Part shown: positions 46,926 to 55,305 of the stretch, piece by piece | Numbering within the stretch: position 1 is the stretch's first letter | Layout of the letters: each line of letters opens with the position of its first letter | Assembly (NCBI GenBank): GCA_963727445.1 | Contig: CAVSGI010000008.1 | Span: forward strand, 416,001 to 480,000 | Direction: 5' to 3' | From: an uncultured delta proteobacterium | GTDB lineage: Bacteria > Myxococcota_A > Polyangia > Polyangiales > B10-G4 | Length of the DNA: 64,000 nucleotides | Translations under genes and position numbers: made by a program | The notes under the pieces: model-generated | What the model was told of the DNA's origin: nothing | What the model saw: the letters and a program-made list of their open reading frames with translations, nothing else | Database searches by the model: none

Positions 46926-48070
46926 GGCCGAGCCGCGAGGCACGCGTCGTAGAGGCCCTGCGCGGTCGCGCCCCATCCCCGCGCCCGCGCCCAGGCCTGC
47001 CCCTCGGCGAGCACCCCGGCACGAAGGGCCTCGTCCGACACGGCGCGCTCGAGGGCCTGGCGAATCGAGCGCTCGTCGAGCGGGTCACAGAGCGCCGCGT
47101 GCGGCCCCACCACCTCCGGCAGGGCCCCGGTGTTCGACGCGCAGACCGGACGCCCGGCGGCGATGGCCTCGAGCGCGGGCAGACCGAATCCCTCGCGCAG
47201 GCCGACCATCACCACCGCGTCCGAGGCCGCGACGAGCTTCGGCAGATCGGCGTCGTCGACGAAGCCGAGCCAACGCACCCGATCCGCGACGCCCGCGCTC
47301 CGGGCCTCGGCCACGATGCGCTCGTGTGCGCCCCAGTCCGCGCCGACCAGGATCAGGTCGTGCGACGCGGCGAGGGCGCTCGAGCCGAAGGCGCGCACCA
47401 GGCGCAGGTGGTTCTTTCCCGGATGCTCGAGGCGGCTCACGTACAGAAGGAAGGGACGCTCGAGGCGGTGTGCAGCGAGGGTCCGTCGAACCGCGGCGTC
47501 GTCCCGCTCCGTCGGCTGAAAGCGGTCTGCGTCGACGCCGTTCAACACGACGCGGATGCGCTCCTTCGGCAGGTGAAGCGCCTGCACCAGATCGTCGCGG
47601 GTGGCGTTGCTGACCGCCACCAGGACGGTGGCCCGCCTGAACGCAGGCACCACCAGACGCTCGACGTACGCCATCCGGAGCGGATCGTACTTGTCGGCCA
47701 CCGCGAGCTGCGCGACGTCGTGTACGACGGCGACTGTCGGCACGCTGTGGGCCAAGCCGAGATTGATCCGGCGGTTCGCCGCAGGCAGAAGGAGCACGTC
47801 GGCGCGGCGCAGGCGCGACAGTGGCCCCACCCCCAGGAGGTGAAAGAGCGCGCTCGCGCCGGGGCGATCGAAGGCCGCCGGGAGCGTCTGCAGGGGGACG
47901 CCCAGATGCTCGGTGTCGTAGGCCCGATGCTCCGCCGGCGTCCCTAGCACCAGGAGCTCGTCGCCCTGCTCCCGGCAGATGGCGATGAGACGAGGCAGGA
48001 CCTCCCGGACGTAGATCCCAATCCCCGACCGTCCGAGGTCGCTCCCGCCGAGTGCAAAGGCGATGCGCAT
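46919..48070 (-). CDS. glycosyltransferase family 4
   Basis: SGIGIY, VVHD, AVSNAT, NGVD, KNHLRL, EGFGLPALEAIAAG.PV, ALPEV. Confidence 0.92.
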   Translation of the reverse strand: MRIAFALGGSDLGRSGIGIYVREVLPRLIAICREQGDELLVLGTPAEHRAYDTEHLGVPLQTLPAAFDRPGASALFHLLGVGPLSRLRRADVLLLPAANRRINLGLAHSVPTVAVVHDVAQLAVADKYDPLRMAYVERLVVPAFRRATVLVAVSNATRDDLVQALHLPKERIRVVLNGVDADRFQPTERDDAAVRRTLAAHRLERPFLLYVSRLEHPGKNHLRLVRAFGSSALAASHDLILVGADWGAHERIVAEARSAGVADRVRWLGFVDDADLPKLVAASDAVVMVGLREGFGLPALEAIAAGRPVCASNTGALPEVVGPHAALCDPLDERSIRQALERAVSDEALRAGVLAEGQAWARARGWGATAQGLYDACLAARPQ

Positions 48071-48278
48071 CGAGGGCCCGTGTGTACGCCGAGCGGCCTC
48101 GCAATTCCAGGGTTGGGCGAGGACAGGGGCCACCGCCCGGGCTACCCTGGACGTATCCACCGCGAAACGAATGGCGGACGCTTCGTGACCGAAAACCCGC
48201 GGGTCCCTTCCGGTACCTCGGAACGTGCTTATGGGACATCGAGAGCGCTTCCCTCATCTTCGCCGACACGGATAGCCC

Positions 48279-49361
48279 ATGAAGAAACAGCTTTTCGTCG
48301 CCGCCTCCTTCCTTCTCCTCGCCGCCGCGGTCGCGATGGTTCCCGTGGGTGACGGGATGGCGGAGAGCACGGGGCATCCTGGGGAGAGGCACATGGATTC
48401 ACGGACCGCGCAGATGTCGGATGCCGCGCCGCCCGGCCGCCAGATCGATCTGCTCTTCATCCATCACTCGATCGGGGGCCAGCTCTTCGCGCCCGAGGGC
48501 CCCGACGTGCAGAGCCACCACATCTACGAGAGCTTCCCCGAGGGCGGGGACCTGCGTGAGATGCTGGAGCAGGACGGTTACCGCGTGCACGAAGCCAGCT
48601 ACGGGAGCCGCATCGGAGAGCACACCGACCTCTTCGATTGGCTGCCGAAGTTCAGCACCGAGATGGACGAGATCCTGCGGACCGAGGAGCAGGACACGGA
48701 GCTTCCAGGCGGACGGCGAAACCAGATCGTGATGTTCAAGTCGTGCTACCCGAACAGCAAGTTCGTCGGCGAAGGCGAAGGTGAAGGCGACCCGGCGGGT
48801 CCGGACCTCACGCTCGCAAACGCCAAGGCGACGATGCGTGCGCTCCTGCCGCTCTTCGCCGAGGAGCCGGAGACGCTCTTCGTCTATCTCACCGCGCCGC
48901 CCCTCGCGCCGAGGATCGAGCCCGAGCCGTTGTGGAAGGTCGCCGCGCGAAAGGTGCTCGGCAAGAGCTGGGGTCCGGAGGAGCTCGCGCACAGCGGTGA
49001 GATCGCCGCCGAGTTCAATCACTGGCTCACGGCGCCGGACGGCTGGCTCGCGGACTACCCCCACGACAACGTCGCGGTCTTCGACTACTGGTACGTCCTC
49101 ACCGGCGAAGGCGAGAGCAACCTCCTCGCGTACCCGACGCACGACGGCTACGACGCACACCCCGCGCGCGAAGGTCAGAGGGCGGCGGCGCCGCTGCTGC
49201 GCGACACCATCAATCGAGCGGTGAGGCGCGCGGGGCTTTCGGCACCGCCGGTACCGGAGCCCATGCCCGTGCACCAGGGGAGCACGGCAGAGCCCGATCC
49301 CGCCGCGGGGGAGAGCACGGCGGCGAACGAGGACGATTCGGTGGCGGCCGAACCGGGTTGA
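48279..49361 (+). CDS. secreted hypothetical protein, possibly SGNH-hydrolase-like
   Basis: Signal peptide; LLFIHHSIG, FKSCYP, LTAPP, VAVFDYW, DAHP. Confidence 0.65.
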   Translation: MKKQLFVAASFLLLAAAVAMVPVGDGMAESTGHPGERHMDSRTAQMSDAAPPGRQIDLLFIHHSIGGQLFAPEGPDVQSHHIYESFPEGGDLREMLEQDGYRVHEASYGSRIGEHTDLFDWLPKFSTEMDEILRTEEQDTELPGGRRNQIVMFKSCYPNSKFVGEGEGEGDPAGPDLTLANAKATMRALLPLFAEEPETLFVYLTAPPLAPRIEPEPLWKVAARKVLGKSWGPEELAHSGEIAAEFNHWLTAPDGWLADYPHDNVAVFDYWYVLTGEGESNLLAYPTHDGYDAHPAREGQRAAAPLLRDTINRAVRRAGLSAPPVPEPMPVHQGSTAEPDPAAGESTAANEDDSVAAEPG

Positions 49362-50905
49362 TGCGGGGAGCAGGGCTTCACCACCTGCTCCTCTCGTCCG
49401 CGGAGCGCGATCCCGATGGGCGGGCGCTGGTTCGCGGTCCACAGAGCGTCACCTACGCGGAGCTCGCCCAGGGGGCGGCGCGCTTCGCCGGCGCGCTGAG
49501 GGGTGCGGGCGTGCAGCGAGGCGACCGCGTCGCCATCGCCGTCGACGGCGGCGTCGAGTTTCCCATCGCCTATTACGGCGCGGCGATGGCCGGCGCGATC
49601 GCTGTTCCGCTGGGCGACGACGCGCGCGCGGCCTCCTTCGTCTCGACGCTGGCGCACGCCGGCGCGAAGGTGGTGGTGATCGGGAGCCGGAACCTGCGGC
49701 TCCTCGAGGGGTCGGGCGACGCCTTGAGGGATCTCACCGCCGCGATCACCGTCGGCCCACCGCCGAAACGCGGGCCGGAGCTCGCGGCGATCGATTTCGA
49801 CGAGGCCCTGGCGGGAGCCGCTCCGATCGAAGACGCGGGCGCAGCGGGCGATGATCTCGTCGCCATCCAGTACACCTCGGGCACCACCGGCGAAAAGCGC
49901 GGCGTGATGCTCTCCCACGCGAACCTTCGCGCGAACGCCGCCTCGATCGTCGAATACCTCGCGCTCACGCGGGACGACGTCGTGGGGATGGTCCTGCCCT
50001 TCTACTACGTCTACGGCGGCTCGGTGCTCCATACCCACATCGCCGTCGGGGGAACGGTCGCGATGCTCGGCTCGCTGGCTTTTCCCGTGCGCGTCGCCGA
50101 GGGGCTCGCAGCGCATCGCTGCACGGGGCTCTGTGGTGTGCCCTCGAGCTTCGCGCGGCTGCTCTCGCTCGAGGAGCTCGAGGAGCACGACCTGTCGTCG
50201 CTCCGCTACCTGACGCAGGCGGGCGCGGCGATGAGCAGAGACATGGCAGCGCGGGTGCGGAAGGCGTTCCCGGCGGCGAAGCTCTACGTGATGTACGGGC
50301 AGACCGAGGCGTCGGCGCGGCTGAGCTACCTGCCCCCCGAGCGCATCGACGACAAGGCCGGCTCGGTCGGAGTGGCCATCCCGGGCGTCGCGCTGGCGGT
50401 TCGCGACCCCTCGGGCGCCCGCTGCGCCCCGAACGAGATCGGCGAAGTGGTGGCGCAGGGACAAAACGTGATGCGCGGCTACTACCGGAACGAAGAGGCC
50501 ACGGCGCGGGCCATCCGTCCCGAGGGCCTCTACACCGGCGACCTCGGCTACCTCGACGAGGATGGCTTCCTCTTCCTGGTCGGCCGAAAGAGCGAGATCA
50601 TCAAGAGCGCCGCCCATCGGATCGCGCCGATGGAGGTCGAAGAAGTGCTCGAATCACTCGAAGGGGTCGAAGAGAGCGCCGTCGTGGGCGGTCCGCACCC
50701 GCTCCTGGGCGAGGTGGTGGTCGCGTTCGTGGTCCCCTCCGAGGGCGCCTCCATCACGAAAGAGGAGGTGCTTCGCCATTGCCGAAAGGAGCTCCCCCGG
50801 TTCAAGATGCCATCGGAGGTTCATCTGGTATCGGAGCTGCCGCGCACGGACAACGGCAAGATCCTCCGTCGCGAGCTGCGGGAGCAGCTGTTCCAAAGAG
50901 GTTGA
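49361..50905 (+). CDS. AMP-forming acyl-CoA/acyl-carrier ligase (ANL family)
   Basis: YTSGTTGEKRG, MYGQTE, NVMRGYY, YTGDLG, GRKSEIIK, LPRTDNGKI. Confidence 0.93.
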   Translation: MRGAGLHHLLLSSAERDPDGRALVRGPQSVTYAELAQGAARFAGALRGAGVQRGDRVAIAVDGGVEFPIAYYGAAMAGAIAVPLGDDARAASFVSTLAHAGAKVVVIGSRNLRLLEGSGDALRDLTAAITVGPPPKRGPELAAIDFDEALAGAAPIEDAGAAGDDLVAIQYTSGTTGEKRGVMLSHANLRANAASIVEYLALTRDDVVGMVLPFYYVYGGSVLHTHIAVGGTVAMLGSLAFPVRVAEGLAAHRCTGLCGVPSSFARLLSLEELEEHDLSSLRYLTQAGAAMSRDMAARVRKAFPAAKLYVMYGQTEASARLSYLPPERIDDKAGSVGVAIPGVALAVRDPSGARCAPNEIGEVVAQGQNVMRGYYRNEEATARAIRPEGLYTGDLGYLDEDGFLFLVGRKSEIIKSAAHRIAPMEVEEVLESLEGVEESAVVGGPHPLLGEVVVAFVVPSEGASITKEEVLRHCRKELPRFKMPSEVHLVSELPRTDNGKILRRELREQLFQRG

Positions 50906-50909
50906 AGCG

Positions 50910-51435
50910 TTGTTCGACAACATCCGGGCCGACATGAAGATGTACGAGCGCGAGGGCGGCTGGCAGGGCCAGCTCGGCTTCTACATCACCGCCACCTACC
51001 GCTTCGGCCGCTGGGCGCGGCAGAATCAAATCCCCCCCCTTGCGACTCGGCGCACGCATCGCCCACGGCGCCATGGCCACTCCGTGGCGCTTCTTCCGCA
51101 ACGTGCACATCCCCGCGGGCGCCGAGATCGGCCCGGGCCTCCGCATGGTGCACGCGCAGAGCATCCTGGTGCTTCCGGGCTCGAAGATCGGCTCGGGCTG
51201 CTCGATCTATCACGAGGTGACGCTCGGGACGGGACACGAGCCGGGCGCCCCCACCGTCGGAGACAACGTGATGCTCTTTGCGGGATCGAAGGTCCTCGGC
51301 GGGATCGAGGTCGGCAACGACGTGCAGGTGGGCGCGAACGCGGTGGTGACCAAGAACGTGCCCGAAGGCGCCACCGTCGCCGCCCCGCCCTCTCGCGCGA
51401 TCCCGAAGGCGATCGCGAAGGTCGTCCGCCGCTGA
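50910..51435 (+). CDS. serine-O-acetyltransferase-like hexapeptide acetyltransferase (EpsC/WcaB-like); frameshift at a C8 run, 51032-51039
   Basis: LFDNIRADM...YRFGRW joins IPAGAEIGPGL..H..IGSGCSIYHEVTLG..PTVGDNV..GSKVLG..VGANAVVTKNVP. Confidence 0.85.
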
Positions 51436-51444
51436 TCCCGTTGC

Positions 51445-52680
51445 TCAGCGGCGCGCCCCGAGCGTCTCGCGCATGCGCACGAGCACGGCCGCCCCGGAGA
51501 CGAAGGTCAGAGCGGCGATGGTGAGCGTCGCCGCGGCCAGGCCGAAGGTGTCGGCCACCACCCCGGCGAGCAGCGCGCCGACCGCGTAGCCGGCGTCTCG
51601 CCAGAGCCGGTAGACGCCGACGGACGAAGCGCGCCAGCTCGGATGGGCCACGTCCCCGATGGCCGCGAGCAGTGTTGGATAGACCATCGCGGTGCCGAGG
51701 CCGAGCAGCACCGCGCCCAGGGCGAAGAGCGCGAAGGTCGCGCCGAGGGCGATGACCACGATGCCCGCGGCCTGTGTCCACATGCCGGCCACGATGAGCC
51801 CCTTGCGCCCCAGCCGATCGGAGAGGCCCCCGGTGAAGAGCTGCCCCATCCCCCACACGGCCGGATAGATCGCGGCGAGGATCCCGATCTGCCCCAGGGA
51901 CATCCGGGCCGAAGCGAAGAGCAGAGGAAAGAGGCCCCACGCCATGCCGTCGTTGAGGTTGTTCACCATCCCGGCCTGGCTCACCGAGGAGAGATCGCGG
52001 TCGACGAAGCTGGTGCGCAGAAAGACCTCCCGCGGGGAGAGCGCCTCGGCGGGGCCGGAGGTGAATTTCGACTCGTGCGCGACGTGATGGCGGGTTTCGC
52101 GGACGAGCAGGAGGGAAGCGAGGGTCCCGCAGATGACGAAGCCCACACCCAGATAGAAGGGCTCGGGGCGGAGGCCCGTTCGGGCCGCCAACCAGCCGGT
52201 GGCGAGCGCGGAGAGCGCCACGGCGAAGTAGCCCGCGAACTCGTTGAGGCCCATGGCGAGCCCGCGATCCTTCGCGCCCGCGAGGTCGATCTTCATGATG
52301 ACGGTGGTCGACCAGGTGAGCCCCTGACTCACGCCGAGGAGCACGTTGGCGGCGAGGATCCACGACCACGAAGGCGCCCACATGAGCGCGAAGGGCACGG
52401 GCGCGGCCACCAGCCACCCGGCCACCAGGACCCCCTTGCGCCCGTAGCGATCGGAGAAGCGCCCGGCGAAGTAGTTGGTGAGCGCCTTCGTCGTCCCGAA
52501 GACGACGATGAAGGAGAGGATCGCCGTGCGCGCCGCGAGGTGGAACTCCTCCTCGGCGATCGCGGGCAGGATGCTGCGCTCCATCCCCACCATCGCCCCG
52601 ACGAAAGCGTTGACCACGACGAGCAGCGCGAACTGCCCGAGATTTTCGCGGATCCCGAGTCGCAAGGTTGGCTCGCCCAT
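51445..52680 (-). CDS. MFS transporter
   Basis: NAFVGAMVGMERSILP, GRFSDRYGRK, GGLSDRLGRK, GTAMVYPTLLA, GVYRLWRDAGY; about 12 TMs. Confidence 0.92.
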   Translation of the reverse strand: MGEPTLRLGIRENLGQFALLVVVNAFVGAMVGMERSILPAIAEEEFHLAARTAILSFIVVFGTTKALTNYFAGRFSDRYGRKGVLVAGWLVAAPVPFALMWAPSWSWILAANVLLGVSQGLTWSTTVIMKIDLAGAKDRGLAMGLNEFAGYFAVALSALATGWLAARTGLRPEPFYLGVGFVICGTLASLLLVRETRHHVAHESKFTSGPAEALSPREVFLRTSFVDRDLSSVSQAGMVNNLNDGMAWGLFPLLFASARMSLGQIGILAAIYPAVWGMGQLFTGGLSDRLGRKGLIVAGMWTQAAGIVVIALGATFALFALGAVLLGLGTAMVYPTLLAAIGDVAHPSWRASSVGVYRLWRDAGYAVGALLAGVVADTFGLAAATLTIAALTFVSGAAVLVRMRETLGARR

Positions 52681-52803
52681 GGCGGGGCGAGATAGGTACC
52701 ACAACGGCTGGAGGGGCGCCGGAAGTCCCGCTAAGTTCGTGCATTGGCGGCATTCTTCAGATTCTTTTAGAACCGCCTCGCGCCGAATGAGGCAATCTCG
52801 TCC

Positions 52804-55282
52804 ATGACCTCGAAGTGCTCTTTTGCTCTCGCCCTCACCCTCGTGCTCGTCTGGGCGGCCCTGGGTTGTGGCGACGACGGAGCGGCCAGCGACGCCGACG
52901 TCGGCCCCGCGCTCGACAGCGGGATGCCCGATGGGATGGCGGACAGTGGGCCCGTGGATGCGGGGCCCCTGCCCTCGCTCCTCGCCCGCTTCTGCGGGAC
53001 ACGGGACTACGCGAGCACCCTCACGGCCGCGGTCCTCGAACCCCTCTCGGGCGAGCCCATCGGCGCGATCGAGAGCACCCTGACGGGCGGCGAGCTCGAG
53101 GCCGGCACCACCGAGTCCATCGCCATCACGCCGGCACACCCTTTCATCGTCCGCGCGCTCCGCGTCGCCTTCGCCAGCGGCACGGGCACGGCGCGCATCC
53201 GCCTGGTCGAGTCCTTCGGTCGTTCCTATCCTGCCAGCTTCCTCGGAGTCAGCGACACGGGCGACGTGGACGTGGTGCCGCCGGTGGAGATCGACGTCGA
53301 CGTCTCCGAGCCCGACGCCTTCATCGACATCGACGTGTCCGATGCCGAAGCGGTGCTGATGCCGGGCCGCGTCTACCACATCATCTACGAGCACCTCACC
53401 CCCGAGCCATTTCTGTCGATGGAGAGCGTGCCGGAGGGGGAGACGAACCGCTCCATCGTCCTGTTCGCGCGGGACGTGAACGCCTACGGCGTCCCGGGGA
53501 ACTTCCGGATGGTCGCCGAAGGCGACTACGCCTGCGCGTGGAGCGACGAGATGCGATGGCTGCAGCGTGACGATCCGCCCACCTTCGCCGAAGGCCCGGG
53601 CGGCAACGTACACGTCGCCGACATCGACTCGGATGGCCACGATGACGTGGTGGCGGTCGGCAACGAGCAGCCCGCTGTGTTCTTCGGAGATGGACGCGGC
53701 GGCTTCACCCGCAGCGCGGACGGCGTCTTTCCCGCGGACGAGGTGAAAGCGCATCACATGATCTTCGCCGACATCGACTCGGACGGAGATCAGGACGCGC
53801 TCGTCATGGTCTACATCCAGTCGGACGCCGACGGAGATGGTGTGACCGTGATGGATGGCGACTGCGACGACTCACTCCCCGGCATCCATCCCGGGGGCGT
53901 GGAGCGCCCCGGCAACGGCTACGACGACGACTGTGACGGCGTGACCGACGACGGCACGTCGACCGACGACGCTGACGGGGACGGGCAGTCGATCGCCATG
54001 GGCGACTGCAACGACAACGACGCCGAGATGAACGCGAGCGCTTCGGAGGTACTCGACAGCCGCGACAACGACTGCGACGGCACGGTGGACGAGGACTTCT
54101 TCCACCACGTCCTGCTCAACGACGGTGCGGGGCATTTCACGCGCCTCGCCGACGCCGGCGTCGAGGTGCAGGGCCCGACGGCGGCCTCGGGGATGGCCGA
54201 CGCGAACGGCGACGGCGTCCTCGATCTCTTCGTCGGCTTCTGGCTCCGGCATTATCCCGACGCACCCACCGACCCCAGCCTCTTCTTCTATGGCAACGGC
54301 GACGGCACGTTCCGCGAGGCCACCGAGGAGGCGGGGATGACGGTGGACACTCCGCACCCGGTCTACGGCGTGATGTGGAACGACTGGAACGACGATGGCT
54401 GGGACGACCTCTACGTCGGGCACTACCAGCTCAACGACAACCTCTTCTTCTCGAACGACGGCTCCGGGCATTTCGCGAACGTCGCCTCGGAGATCGGCGT
54501 CGACCACGACACCACCCCCACCATCGACTACCACTACCCCGGCGGCCACTCCTACGGCGGCGACTTCGGCGACCTCGACGGCGACGGAGATATTCGACGC
54601 CATCCTCTGCAATCTCTCGCACCCTCGCACCATGCCCTGGGCCGATCCGACGATGCTCGTCTTCAACGACGGTGCGCCGAGCTACACCTTCGAGAACCGC
54701 CGCGAGGAGTGGGGCATCGAATACAACGAGGGCGACGGAAACGCGCACTTCGGCGATTTCGACAACGACGGCGATCTCGACGTGGTGATCGCGTCGTTCT
54801 ACGGCCGCTACCAGCGCGCCTTCCGCCACGACGGCGACCACTTCACCGACGTCACCTACGAGCTCGGCCTCCACGTGCGCTCCGGCGTGACCATCTGGTC
54901 GGATCTCGACGAGGACGGACGCCTCGACTACGTCTCGTCGGACGGCGATGAGACCTTCGTCTACATGAACCGCCTCGAAAACGACAACGGCTGGATTGAG
55001 CTGCTCCTCGAGGGAACCGAAGCCAACCGTGATGCGATCGGCTCCCGCGTCACCATCGTCGCCGGGGGCCGCACGCTCGTCCGCGAGGTGCGCCCGAACG
55101 GCGGGCTGTCGAATCGACAAGCGTCGCGCTGGGTACACGTCGGCCTCGGCGAAGCCGCCGCGATCGATTCGCTGACGGTTCGCTGGCCGGGCGGCGGCGC
55201 GACCGAGACGATCTCCGGCGCGTCGCCCAACGGGCGCTTCACCGTGCGCCAGGGCGAGGGCGTCGCGACGCCCGCCGAGTAG
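52804..55282 (+). CDS. CRTAC1-like lipoprotein (FG-GAP/VCBS repeats + ASPIC/UnbV) with inserted MopE-like repeats; frameshift near 54593
   Basis: LGCGDD lipobox; ADIDSDGHDD, DANGDGVLDL, DWNDDGWDDL, GDLDGDGD, GDFDNDGDLD; NRDAIGSRV...VHVGLG...VRWPGG. Confidence 0.85.
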
Positions 55283-55305
55283 AGCACAACTCGTCGCGTG
55301 CGGCC

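Noticed and set aside
49361..50905. NRPS or secondary-metabolite cluster
   Set aside because: Stand-alone adenylation enzyme with no carrier, condensation or KS domains in the window.
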